Origin: an archaeon
GTDB taxonomy: Archaea > Nanobdellota > Nanobdellia > Pacearchaeales > GW2011-AR1
Reading direction: 5' to 3'
Assembly: GCA_030636025.1 (NCBI GenBank)
Contig: DAOVXQ010000001.1
Span: 24,791 to 88,790 of the forward strand
Length of the DNA stretch: 64,000 nt
The position numbers and the translations under genes were made by a program. This document shows, piece after piece, positions 30,014-39,883 of this stretch; the stretch's first letter is position 1; the number at the start of each line of letters is the position of its first letter. The notes under the pieces were generated by a model, which had not been told where the DNA came from, ran no database searches, and worked only from the letters and a program-made list of their open reading frames with translations.

Positions 30014-31773
30014 ATTTTCTTGATTGGTGAGACAACCATATTTTCCCTAAATTCTTTCCTATCTAACAATGGTGAAGAATCTTCAATTGGTTTTCCAAAT
30101 TCAAGTTTAGGAATAACCTTAGCATTAGGTTCTAATTCTAAATTACATAATGCTGGGCCCTTGTAATTAAGAACATCATCAATTTTGTTTAAAGCTAGAT
30201 GATTTTCTATTTGAAAAGTTTTTATTCCATATGCCTGAGCTACTTTTGATAAATCAGTATTCCCAAGGCCTCCATCAATGGAACTGGCCTTATAATTAGA
30301 TTTAAACCAAACATCTTGAAATTGTTTAATCATACCATATCCGTGATTATTAAATAAAAAAATTTTTATTGGAAGGTTATGTTTTACAATGGTTTCAAGT
30401 TCATTAATATTCATTTTTAATCCTCCATCACCGGTAATACAAATCACAGGTTTTTTATTCATAGCAAAACAAGCACCAATACTTGCAGGCAAAGCATACC
30501 CCATTGAAGCATGCCCTAAATCAGAAAATAATCTTTGATCCTTCTTGATTCTAAATCCTTGCATTGTCCACGACAAATTATTTCCAGTATCAACAGCAAT
30601 TATATCTCCTTCCTTTAACTTATTTGAAAGAACATCAATAAAAACATAGGGATTTACTTTATCTTTTTGTTCAAAATATTCTGGAAGACAAGCAGGATAC
30701 TTCTCTTTCCAAATTTCAATTTTATTTTTCCAAAAAGATAAATTTTGTGTTTCAATTTTTTTATCTTTAATATTATTAAGAAAATCCCTCATACCATAAT
30801 TTAAACTTACATCAATTTTTATTCCGCGGTTTTTATATAATTCTTTATAGTTAATATCTAAAATTACTTTTTTCGCTCCTCTTGCAAAAGTTTTTGGGCA
30901 ATTTCCAATCTGTCTTGTATCTAATCTTGAGCCAAGACTAATAATCAAATCAGAATTTTGAACTGCAAAATTTCCAGGCCTAGTTGACGAAACCCCAAAC
31001 TCCCCGATTCTTAAAGGATGGTCATATTGAAGTATATCTATCCCCCCCCAAGATAATGCAACAGGAATCCCTAATCTTTCAATAAGATTTTTTGTTTCTG
31101 TTTCAGCATCTCCAATTTTAACTCCTGCACCCAAAATAACAACAGGCCTTTCTGCTTTTTCAATCAAATCAATTGTTTGATTTACTTTTTTATCCAACAA
31201 AGAATAATCAATCTCTTTTTTCTTAGGAATATAGTTCCTTAATTTATCAGACTTAATTTCTGCTAATTGAACATCAATTGGCAAATCTAATAAAACAGGC
31301 CCAGGCCTTCCAGATTTAGCAATATGAATTGCCTTATCTAAAAAATATTTTATTTTTTCAGGATTATCAACTTGGTAAGAAAATTTAGTAATTGGTTTAA
31401 CCATATCAACAATATTTGTTTCCTGAAATCCTCTCTGCCTTGGGCCTTTTTTCCCTGCGAATTCTTTTGTATTTACTTGTCCAGTAATATATAATGTAGG
31501 AATAGAATCAAAATATGCACAAGCAATTCCGGTTATAAGATTAGTTGCACCAGGTCCGCTAGTTGCAATCGCAACCCCAATGTTTTTTGTAATTCTTGAA
31601 TAGGCTTCTGCAGCCATAGCTGCTCCTTGCTCTTGAGTAGTGCAAATATATTCCAAATTTTTATCTTTACCCAAAGAATTTACTAACGGAGAAATAAATC
31701 CACCTATAACCAAAAAGGCATGATTAACATTTTTTTCTTTTAAATAGCCCACAATATAATCTGAAGTTTTCAT
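30010..31773 (-). CDS. TPP-binding acetolactate-synthase-like enzyme (YerE-like in this context)
   Basis: EQGAAMAAEAY, TSGPGATN, FQET, GRPGPV..D.P.D, SMGYALP, GDGG...NNHGYG. Confidence 0.85.
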   Translation of the reverse strand: MKTSDYIVGYLKEKNVNHAFLVIGGFISPLVNSLGKDKNLEYICTTQEQGAAMAAEAYSRITKNIGVAIATSGPGATNLITGIACAYFDSIPTLYITGQVNTKEFAGKKGPRQRGFQETNIVDMVKPITKFSYQVDNPEKIKYFLDKAIHIAKSGRPGPVLLDLPIDVQLAEIKSDKLRNYIPKKKEIDYSLLDKKVNQTIDLIEKAERPVVILGAGVKIGDAETETKNLIERLGIPVALSWGGIDILQYDHPLRIGEFGVSSTRPGNFAVQNSDLIISLGSRLDTRQIGNCPKTFARGAKKVILDINYKELYKNRGIKIDVSLNYGMRDFLNNIKDKKIETQNLSFWKNKIEIWKEKYPACLPEYFEQKDKVNPYVFIDVLSNKLKEGDIIAVDTGNNLSWTMQGFRIKKDQRLFSDLGHASMGYALPASIGACFAMNKKPVICITGDGGLKMNINELETIVKHNLPIKIFLFNNHGYGMIKQFQDVWFKSNYKASSIDGGLGNTDLSKVAQAYGIKTFQIENHLALNKIDDVLNYKGPALCNLELEPNAKVIPKLEFGKPIEDSSPLLDRKEFRENMVVSPIKKI

Positions 31774-31805
31774 CTAAAATCTCCCATTAAATCGCATTTA
31801 TAAAA

Positions 31806-32471
31806 TTAATTATACTTTAGAAATCTCCAAACCATCCAGATAATTCTTTTTGGAGTCATTTTACTAATTCCATCAGACCTTTCATAATGATTCACCCTAA
31901 TTCCTTTAATCTCATAATCTTTGTCTTTTATTTTTCTTAATAAATCAATATTAAATAGCCATCCTGTTTGAAGGTTTGTAATGCCCTCATAAATTTCCCT
32001 TTTAAAATAAACAGGATATCCATTAATGTCTTTTAAGTGTACTCTAAATCTTATTTGACTCCATACATTAAATATTTTTGAAATAATATCTCTCCCCACC
32101 CCATCCTTCCTTCTTTTTCTTATGGCTTTTATAACCCCTGAATTTCCCCTTTCAGAGTACACCTTAACAATATCTTTTACACTAACTTCTCCATCCCCAC
32201 AAGTAAAACCTAAAATTTTTCCTTTAGCTACATCCAATCCAGTCATTATTGCCCCCCCATAATCTTTATTTTTTTTATTGTGCATTACTTTAATCCTTGT
32301 TTCTTTTAATGAATTTAATTCGTCAGAGGTAGAGTCTTTACTACAATCATCAACTAAAATAATCTCATAATTAATTCCTTTTAATTCTTTTTTTAATTTT
32401 TTTACAAAAGGTATTGGACATCCAGCATCATTATAAAAAGGGATAACAATACTTAATTCAGGTTTTTTCAT
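31806..32471 (-). CDS. Glycosyltransferase family 2 (polyprenol-phosphate glycosyltransferase / GtrB-like)
   Basis: LSIVIPFYN, VDDCSKD, YGGAIMTG, GDG, R..G.SKM. Confidence 0.8.
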   Translation of the reverse strand: MKKPELSIVIPFYNDAGCPIPFVKKLKKELKGINYEIILVDDCSKDSTSDELNSLKETRIKVMHNKKNKDYGGAIMTGLDVAKGKILGFTCGDGEVSVKDIVKVYSERGNSGVIKAIRKRRKDGVGRDIISKIFNVWSQIRFRVHLKDINGYPVYFKREIYEGITNLQTGWLFNIDLLRKIKDKDYEIKGIRVNHYERSDGISKMTPKRIIWMVWRFLKYN

Positions 32472-32582
32472 ATTATTTTTCTAATTTGGGCATTTATAAG
32501 ATTTATGTAATTCTTAATAAGTTAACTAATAAATAGATTTAAGGACATAAATCCTTTTAAACCAATTCAAGTATATTTTTTT

Positions 32583-33869
32583 ATGAAAAAAGATTTGTTA
32601 GAGGGGGTTCATAACGCCATACAAGAATTAGTAAAAATAAATCCCCCATCTTTTTTAAAGACTTCTTTTATCAGCACAGGTCTAGCTATTTATGGTGCCG
32701 AGGAAATTAATGCGATTGTAGATACAGTATTAGAAGGAAAATTAGGATTAGCAACAAAAGGATATGAATTTGAAAAAGAATTTTCAAAATATATTGGTGC
32801 AAAAAAAACCTTGCTTGTAAATTCAGGTTCATCAGCGAGTTTGTTAGCTATGGAGGGAGTTAAAAAATATTTTGATATTAACGAAGGAGAAATAATAACA
32901 ACTGCTTGCGGATTTCCAACAACGTTAAATCCAATAATTCAATTAGGATTTAAACCAGTTTTTGTTGATGTTGACGAAACTTATAATATGACTCCCGAAA
33001 ATATTGAAAATGCATTAAGTAATAAAACCAAGGGAATTGTTTTCGCCCATACTCTTGGAAATCCTGCAAAAATAGATGAAATAATGAATATTGCTAAGAA
33101 AAATAATCTCTTTGTTTTAGAGGATTGTTGTGATGCATATGGTTCAAAATACAACGGGAAAATGTGCGGTTCATTTGGAACCGTTTCGACATTTAGTTTT
33201 TATCCAGCACACAATATAACCCTTGCAGGAGAGGGGGGGGCAGTAGCTTCAGATAATTTAGAAATTGATAAAATCATGAAAAGTTTTAGAGATTGGGGAA
33301 GAGATTGTTTTTGCAATGCAGGACAAGACAATAAATGTGGGAAAAGATTTGATTTTAAGATTGGGGACATCCCCTATGACCATAAATATGTTTATTCTCA
33401 GATAGGATATAATTTAAAACCAACTGAAATACAAGCAGCAATGGGGATAGTGCAATTAAAAAAAATCAAAGGATTTAATAAAAAAAGAAAACAAAATTAT
33501 CAAGATTTTAAAGAAATTTTTTCAAATTTAGAACATCATTTTGAACTTCCAAAAATAAATCCTAAAGCAGACCCTGTTTTTTTTGGGTTGCCTTTGACAA
33601 TTAAAAATCCAAAAATTCAAAGGCAAGATTTAGTCAAATTCTTAAATCAAAATGGAATTGGAACGCGATATGTTTTTGGAGGAAATTTACTTTACCATCC
33701 TGCATATAAAAATATAAACCATAAAATATGTGGGGAATTAGAACAGACAGACAAAATTTTTAAAAATTCACTTTGGATGGGAATTCATCCAGGAATAAAT
33801 AAAGAAAAAATAGATTATATTGGCTCTAAGTTCAATGAGTATATAAAATCAATAGACAAAGCCCGGTGA
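32583..33869 (+). CDS. rfbH: CDP-4-keto-6-deoxyglucose 3-dehydrase (E1, DdhC/RfbH)
   Basis: NSGSSA, FPTT.NP, EDCCDA; SFYPAH has His in place of the PLP Lys; Fe-S motif WGRDCFC....DNKC..RF; YDHKY. Confidence 0.9.
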   Translation: MKKDLLEGVHNAIQELVKINPPSFLKTSFISTGLAIYGAEEINAIVDTVLEGKLGLATKGYEFEKEFSKYIGAKKTLLVNSGSSASLLAMEGVKKYFDINEGEIITTACGFPTTLNPIIQLGFKPVFVDVDETYNMTPENIENALSNKTKGIVFAHTLGNPAKIDEIMNIAKKNNLFVLEDCCDAYGSKYNGKMCGSFGTVSTFSFYPAHNITLAGEGGAVASDNLEIDKIMKSFRDWGRDCFCNAGQDNKCGKRFDFKIGDIPYDHKYVYSQIGYNLKPTEIQAAMGIVQLKKIKGFNKKRKQNYQDFKEIFSNLEHHFELPKINPKADPVFFGLPLTIKNPKIQRQDLVKFLNQNGIGTRYVFGGNLLYHPAYKNINHKICGELEQTDKIFKNSLWMGIHPGINKEKIDYIGSKFNEYIKSIDKAR

Positions 33870-33912
33870 TATTTATAAAAACAATTAAAAACTTGTTTTT
33901 TCTTATTTTGTT

Positions 33913-35421
33913 ATGGAAGATTTGGATAATATAATTGAAAAAAGGAAGGAAAAAACCCTTAACTGGGCTAAAAATCCCTATAATTTTACATTAATTTTAA
34001 TTCTCCTTTTTACAATAATAATTAGATTATATTATTTTATTTTAATTAAGGGTCAGGCATTATGGTGGGATGAGGCAGAATATATGTTGGTTGCAAAATC
34101 TTTTTCTGGAATTGCCCAGCATGTAAATTATACTTTTGACCCAGTAAGGCAAGTTTTAAATCCATTTTTAATGTCTTTATCTTTCAGGATTATTGGTGCA
34201 AGTGAATTCTTGCCAAGAGTATTTTTATTAATCTTATCAATAGCATCTGTTTTAGGTATGTATTATCTTGGAAAAGAGTTATACGACAAAAAAGTAGGAT
34301 TATTGTCGTCCTTTTTTATGTCCTTTTTTTGGTTAAATTTATTTTTTAGTTATCGGATTATAGTGGACATACATTCATTAACTTTTTTTATTTTTTCTGC
34401 ATTTTTCTTTTACAAATATTTTAAAACTGGATCTAATAAGGCACTTTATTTGGCAACGATTTTAATTTCAGTAGGAACTTTATTTAAATTATCCACTGCA
34501 TTTTTATTGCCTGCAATTTTATTATATCTTTTGATAACCGAAAAATTAAATTTCTTAAGAAAAAAAGAAATATGGTTCGCTACCTTAATCTTCACATTAA
34601 TACAGGTTCCATATATTATTTGGGGATACATCAAATTTAATGGATTTATTTTTACCCAGGCCTCGGGAGTAGTTTCTCCAGATAATCCAATAATACATGG
34701 AACAAGAATGTTTATTAGTTATTTGAATTTATTTCCAACTTATCTTTCATGGCTTTTTGTAATTATTTTTATCTTAGGATTATTTTCAATGTATAAATTA
34801 TTTTTAGGATTAGATATTTTAATAAAAAAAGGAGACAAAAATCTAAAAAGAGATTTATATTTATTATTAATCTTATTAATGCCAATAATTTTTGTTAGTG
34901 TAATGATAAATCATGCAGAAAACAGATATATAATTAATATTTTTCCAGCAGTGTTTATAATTTCTAGTGCATTTATTTTTTCAGTTTTTAAGTTTATTAA
35001 AAAGAAAAACAAAGTTTTCGCAATTATCTTTATTATTTTATTATTGGGATTTGCAATGAATTATCAAATAAAATATGCAGACAATATGATTAAAAATAAA
35101 AAAGACTCATTTATGCAGGTAAAAAGGGCAGGATTATGGTTAAAAGAAAATACTGAGGTTACAGATGTAATTGTATCCCATAGCCCCCCTCAGATGAAAC
35201 ATTATGCAGAAAGAGAAATATTTGTTTTTCCTCAGAAAAAAGAAGAATTTGAATCAAGGTTATCCTCAGATACCAACCTCAAATTTTTTGTAATTTCTGT
35301 ATTTGAGAATGCTGCAGAATGGTCATATTCTTATCCTGCAGAAAATAATTTAACCCCTGTTAAGACATATTATCTAGATTCCTCTAACCAGCAACCCGCA
35401 TTAATTATTTATGAATTATGA
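33913..35421 (+). CDS. GT-C fold membrane glycosyltransferase (PMT/ArnT-like)
   Basis: TM1 with Arg, then LWWDEAEY; about 11 TM helices; ENRY; soluble C-terminal domain. Confidence 0.8.
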   Translation: MEDLDNIIEKRKEKTLNWAKNPYNFTLILILLFTIIIRLYYFILIKGQALWWDEAEYMLVAKSFSGIAQHVNYTFDPVRQVLNPFLMSLSFRIIGASEFLPRVFLLILSIASVLGMYYLGKELYDKKVGLLSSFFMSFFWLNLFFSYRIIVDIHSLTFFIFSAFFFYKYFKTGSNKALYLATILISVGTLFKLSTAFLLPAILLYLLITEKLNFLRKKEIWFATLIFTLIQVPYIIWGYIKFNGFIFTQASGVVSPDNPIIHGTRMFISYLNLFPTYLSWLFVIIFILGLFSMYKLFLGLDILIKKGDKNLKRDLYLLLILLMPIIFVSVMINHAENRYIINIFPAVFIISSAFIFSVFKFIKKKNKVFAIIFIILLLGFAMNYQIKYADNMIKNKKDSFMQVKRAGLWLKENTEVTDVIVSHSPPQMKHYAEREIFVFPQKKEEFESRLSSDTNLKFFVISVFENAAEWSYSYPAENNLTPVKTYYLDSSNQQPALIIYEL

Positions 35422-35840
35422 TTTATTGGCTTATCTTTTTTAAAAACCCAAAGTAATGAACCTAAAAAACTAATTGGAATGCTCATTGCAATCCCTCCAA
35501 TAGCCGCAATATTTTCTTGAAGCATTCCTGTCCCAAAAAGATTTTTTAAGATTAATGCAGTCATAAAATTAACACTTATTGCAATGATATAAACAATAAA
35601 AAAACGCACTATTTGTTTTTTAACTGGATGCCCTCTTGCAGAAAAAGTAACATTCCGGTTCATAGAAAAATTATAAATTATTGAAATAAATGTTCCAAAA
35701 AATAATGCTAAAATAAAACTAACTTCTATCCAAAATCTAAAAACATTAAAAAATATCATATGAACTAATGCTGAACTTCCTCCAACAATACTAAATATTA
35801 TAAATTTAATAAAATGATTTTTAATAAATTGGATTATCAT
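35409..35840 (-). CDS. GtrA family membrane protein
   Basis: FIIFSIVGG, NFSMNRNVTF, RFF; 4 TM helices; WVF terminus. Confidence 0.85.
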   Translation of the reverse strand: MIIQFIKNHFIKFIIFSIVGGSSALVHMIFFNVFRFWIEVSFILALFFGTFISIIYNFSMNRNVTFSARGHPVKKQIVRFFIVYIIAISVNFMTALILKNLFGTGMLQENIAAIGGIAMSIPISFLGSLLWVFKKDKPINHNS

Positions 35841-36853
35841 GAAAACAAACTCTCCTTAAAAATTATCAAAGCTAACAAACAAATTATAATTTGCATTATA
35901 AAAATAAAATAAATTACATCGGTTTCATAAACCTTTTTCTTAAATTTTTTAAGTATGAATAATGATAAATGAGTCAGGCTATAAATTTTGTTATAAGGCA
36001 TTTCTAAACTTCCATCTTTATTTGGATTTGCAAAAGAATATTTTTTTAATTTACCTCTTAATTTTAATATTGTTTCTAAGATATAAAGAATAAAAACAAA
36101 AACAGCAATTTTTTCAAAATTACCTAAGATTGCCATGATAGCAATTAAGGCCCCAATAGCCCAGGTTAAAGAATCTCCTGGAAAAACTTTCGCAGGATAT
36201 TTGTTATATAAATAAAAAACAATTAATGAAGATACCATTATTAATCCCATTAATGAAATCCATGAAGAACCAGTAATATATGCAATTAATGAAAGAAATG
36301 TTAGAATAATGATCCCCTGCCCTGCTTCAAGCCCATTAAACCCTGCTAAAAAATTATAAGTGATTGTCGCTCCAGCAATTCCTAATGGAATAAGAATTAA
36401 GGGATATAGAAATCCTAATTCAATGGGGCCTAAAAAAATGCAGTTAATGGTTGTGGTCCCAGCATTAATTACTGCCAAAGGAATTGATGCCATGAATGCT
36501 AAAAAAATTCTAAACCTTACAGATAATCCTTCGTGTTTCCAACCTAATAAATCATCAATTAAACCAATAATTGCTAAAATTAGAATAACACTTATTAATG
36601 CAAAAATTTCAAGAGTAATCCCATTAACAGAATCTATAAAAAATGTCCTAATTGCGATATAAGACAAGACACCAATTATAAATGATAAAACTACAATAAC
36701 TCCTCCAGAAGAAACAACATTTTTGGGATGCCCTGGTTTATTCATATCTTCCCATAAAAGATTAGCTTGTTTACATTTTTTAATCCATTTAGGGAGAACT
36801 AATAAGGTTAATATTAGACTTATAAAAATCGAAATAAATAATATGGCTTCCAT
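35837..36853 (-). CDS. aglH: UDP-GlcNAc:dolichol-phosphate GlcNAc-1-phosphate transferase (MraY/Alg7/AglH family)
   Basis: DMNK, GLIDD, NFLAGFNGLEAG, NKYPAKVFPGD. Confidence 0.8.
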   Translation of the reverse strand: MEAILFISIFISLILTLLVLPKWIKKCKQANLLWEDMNKPGHPKNVVSSGGVIVVLSFIIGVLSYIAIRTFFIDSVNGITLEIFALISVILILAIIGLIDDLLGWKHEGLSVRFRIFLAFMASIPLAVINAGTTTINCIFLGPIELGFLYPLILIPLGIAGATITYNFLAGFNGLEAGQGIIILTFLSLIAYITGSSWISLMGLIMVSSLIVFYLYNKYPAKVFPGDSLTWAIGALIAIMAILGNFEKIAVFVFILYILETILKLRGKLKKYSFANPNKDGSLEMPYNKIYSLTHLSLFILKKFKKKVYETDVIYFIFIMQIIICLLALIIFKESLFS

Positions 36854-36895
36854 AATTACCTTAAAAATTATCTATTTTTAAATATTGCTAAGGGA

Positions 36896-39694
36896 TTATA
36901 GTTTCCAATCCAAATATTTAGTAGCATCCTTATCTATATATTTTTCTTTAATCTTTTCCTTCCCTGTATATTCAATTTCCCAGATTTTTATTGGTCCCTG
37001 AATTCCTTGATAATAAACAAAGTCAGGAAGATTCATTCCTTGTGCATTTAAATCACCTATAATAAAATTAGGCTCAGTATGAATTAATTTAAAATTAGGA
37101 AAATTATCCAACGGGTCATTTAAAATGTACTTTTGCACCATCATTCCTCTCATTAACCTTGTACTTAAAAACATTGCAGCCCCAATAGAATTTTGAGTTA
37201 ACCCTTGATTGTTTTGATTTATTCTTGGAAAGATATACGCGGCCCCCTCAATTCCAGAACCAAAATCAATAAATTCATTGCCAATAGAAGCATACCTTAG
37301 ATTTTGTTGATATTGCTTGCCATTGTAAACTAAAATAATATACGGCTGTTGAAATGAAATAGCTTCAGTATCTTCTTTTATTGCGGGAAGGATTATTGCA
37401 CCAATACCTGTTTGTTGACCTGGCAACAAAACTTCTTTTCCATTTTCATTTATTATTAGGTCTTCATCTAATGCAATTCCTCCCGGATAAACATAAAGTG
37501 TTTTGTTTTGAGTTTCTTGAGTTTGCTTTTCATCTAATAAAAATGTTCCAATCCAAGAATATTTATCGTAATTTTCATCACTCCCAATACTTGAATAGGC
37601 ACCATATTTTCCAATATCCGAAGAATCAATCAAAAAGTGAGTTGTATTATGATTATATAAAAATTCTAGAGCATCCTCTTGATTATCTCCTGTTAAAACC
37701 TTCCTGCCCATTAAATAATTCCAATAAGTTATTGCATTTCCTCCATCTAAAACAGTAGCCCTATTTCCAATACTTTGCACCCAATACCCATAATCCCACC
37801 AATGACCAAATACTGCATCCTGAGGGGTATCTGTCCTAACCCAATCCATTGCTTTTTGCCATTGCTGATTATAATGGGAAGGAACCATATTATATGCCTG
37901 AATCTTATTTGTTTGATAAAAAGTCCAAAAACTAAATAAACTAGATAATAAAACTAAAATTACAAAAACACCAAGGATAATTTTAATTGTCTCATCTTTA
38001 GTTTTCATAAATTTTTTAATAGAGCCTACAATTAAATAACCAACAAAAATTGAAGCAATAGGCCCTAAAACCATAATTAATCTTACTCCTCCTCTCGCAG
38101 TAAAAACCGTAAATGAAAATAAAACTAACAACAATAAATATTCAAATTTTATTTTTTCAAAGCTTTTATCCTGTTTTTTATAATGCTGAATATAATAATA
38201 GATTAAACCACCAATCAATAATGATGAAGTGCCATAGTAAACAAATTTACTAACAAAATTTTCTCCATTTAAAATACTTGAAGCAGAGTATCTTGAGAAA
38301 ATTAATCCAGATAAAAATAATACGTAAAATCCTGTTAAAATCCAAGCATCTCTATTTTTTATCTTATTAATCATTTTTTTAAACAAAATTACCGAACCAA
38401 TAAAAAACATCCAAAACATTAAGGGAATATTTTTTACAAAAGGTCCAAAACTTGCCCCCCATTCAGTAAAGTAAGGTTGCCTGTTTTCAGCAACAGTAGT
38501 ACTCCATCTACCAGTAATTGGTTTAAAGATTATTCGATGAATTACTTTTACTTTTTCAATAAGAAATCCCGGACCAAAAATTATGGAAGATAAAATAATT
38601 AATAAAATCATTGCAATTATAATTGATATAATATTCTTCGGAAGGTTTATTTTTTCCAAAAATTTATTTTTTGATATTTTTGTATTCCAAATTAGAATGT
38701 GGATTAAAAAAATAAATAAAACTAAAAAGGAAAGACCCGTGTTTAATGAAGTTAACATCCCTTTTAATGTAAATCTATTAGAAAAAATTAACATCATCCC
38801 AAAAGAAAACAAAACCCACAAAGAATAAATAATAAACTCTTTTTTCTTAATTTTATTCAACAAAAAAGCAATTAAACAAGTAATAGATATGGGAATGAAT
38901 AAATAAATAACTAATCCAGAAATCAGCCCCATAAATGCAGTAGTAATTCCCGCCAAAACCCCAAAAATTATTGCAATTTTTAAATTTTTAGATTTCCAAG
39001 CTTTCAAAAATAAATAAAATGTAAGAAACATAAAGAAGAAAGCAGCAGATTCTTTTTCAGGAATTCCTGCAATAGTTCTCGATAAAAAAACTGGAATTAC
39101 AATCATAAAAAAAGTTGAAATTAATGCAATAATGTTTCCTTTAATCTTGCTTTTTTTGGATTTTCTAACAAAAATTTCTCTAACAAAAAGAAAAAATGCT
39201 AGAATTGTTAATGCAAACATTATAACTGGAAAAATTGCTCCTGAAAATTCAATAGGATAATCTCCAAATAAATTAAAAAAATAATGAGTATATGCAATCA
39301 TATAGGGGAGTAGCATAGTTTCTATCGTATTGTCAAATCCAAGTGGAACATTTCTCATAGTATCTATTTTAGGGATTGAACCTGTTTCTACAATACTTTT
39401 AGCTGTCCTTAAAAACAACCACGGGTCTAAATCAGGACCTAATGTCCATGTATTTGTTGTGATGTCCCACAAGCCAGGATTCCCTCCATGGTCGTGCATT
39501 GGCATACTTCGAATATAAACTCCTAAAATAATCGCAATAATCAAAAATCCAATAACCCAAACCCAGGGTTTTTTAACAAATTTCAAAAATTTTTCTTTTC
39601 TTTCCTGAATCAAATCCTCTGTTTTTTCAATATTACTTTCTGTAGAAATATCTTTAACAATCCCAAAATCATTATTTATATTATTTTCTTCCAT
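36896..39694 (-). CDS. aglB: Oligosaccharyltransferase AglB (STT3)
   Basis: DLDPW, EKE, TVAE, WWDYG motif, DxxK (DIGK); about 13 TM helices plus a soluble domain. Confidence 0.95.
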   Translation of the reverse strand: MEENNINNDFGIVKDISTESNIEKTEDLIQERKEKFLKFVKKPWVWVIGFLIIAIILGVYIRSMPMHDHGGNPGLWDITTNTWTLGPDLDPWLFLRTAKSIVETGSIPKIDTMRNVPLGFDNTIETMLLPYMIAYTHYFFNLFGDYPIEFSGAIFPVIMFALTILAFFLFVREIFVRKSKKSKIKGNIIALISTFFMIVIPVFLSRTIAGIPEKESAAFFFMFLTFYLFLKAWKSKNLKIAIIFGVLAGITTAFMGLISGLVIYLFIPISITCLIAFLLNKIKKKEFIIYSLWVLFSFGMMLIFSNRFTLKGMLTSLNTGLSFLVLFIFLIHILIWNTKISKNKFLEKINLPKNIISIIIAMILLIILSSIIFGPGFLIEKVKVIHRIIFKPITGRWSTTVAENRQPYFTEWGASFGPFVKNIPLMFWMFFIGSVILFKKMINKIKNRDAWILTGFYVLFLSGLIFSRYSASSILNGENFVSKFVYYGTSSLLIGGLIYYYIQHYKKQDKSFEKIKFEYLLLLVLFSFTVFTARGGVRLIMVLGPIASIFVGYLIVGSIKKFMKTKDETIKIILGVFVILVLLSSLFSFWTFYQTNKIQAYNMVPSHYNQQWQKAMDWVRTDTPQDAVFGHWWDYGYWVQSIGNRATVLDGGNAITYWNYLMGRKVLTGDNQEDALEFLYNHNTTHFLIDSSDIGKYGAYSSIGSDENYDKYSWIGTFLLDEKQTQETQNKTLYVYPGGIALDEDLIINENGKEVLLPGQQTGIGAIILPAIKEDTEAISFQQPYIILVYNGKQYQQNLRYASIGNEFIDFGSGIEGAAYIFPRINQNNQGLTQNSIGAAMFLSTRLMRGMMVQKYILNDPLDNFPNFKLIHTEPNFIIGDLNAQGMNLPDFVYYQGIQGPIKIWEIEYTGKEKIKEKYIDKDATKYLDWKL

Positions 39695-39696
39695 AA

Positions 39697-39843
39697 TTAA
39701 TTCTCCAACAACCTTCCAACTTCCTCTAACAACTCAGAAGCATTTTTTTCTTTTATAAGAGTTTCCATGCCACAATACGGACAATCCTTAGGATTCTCAG
39801 TTTCAAATCTATAATTACAGTTTGTGCATATCCACTTTTTCAT
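39697..39843 (-). CDS. Small zinc-ribbon protein (48 aa), not in the ORF track
   Basis: Hand translation: MKKWICTNCNYRFETENPKDCPYCGMETLIKEKNASELLEEVGRLLEN*. Two CxxC pairs; the stop lies 2 bp before the aglB ATG. Confidence 0.8.
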   Translation of the reverse strand: MKKWICTNCNYRFETENPKDCPYCGMETLIKEKNASELLEEVGRLLEN

Positions 39844-39883
39844 ATTCTTTTTAAATTTTAATAGGTTTTAAAGCTTTTTGTAT

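Noticed and set aside
30010..31773. ilvB for branched-chain amino acid synthesis
   Set aside because: No regulatory subunit or ilvC/ilvD nearby; it is coupled to an NDP-sugar enzyme and close to rfbH.
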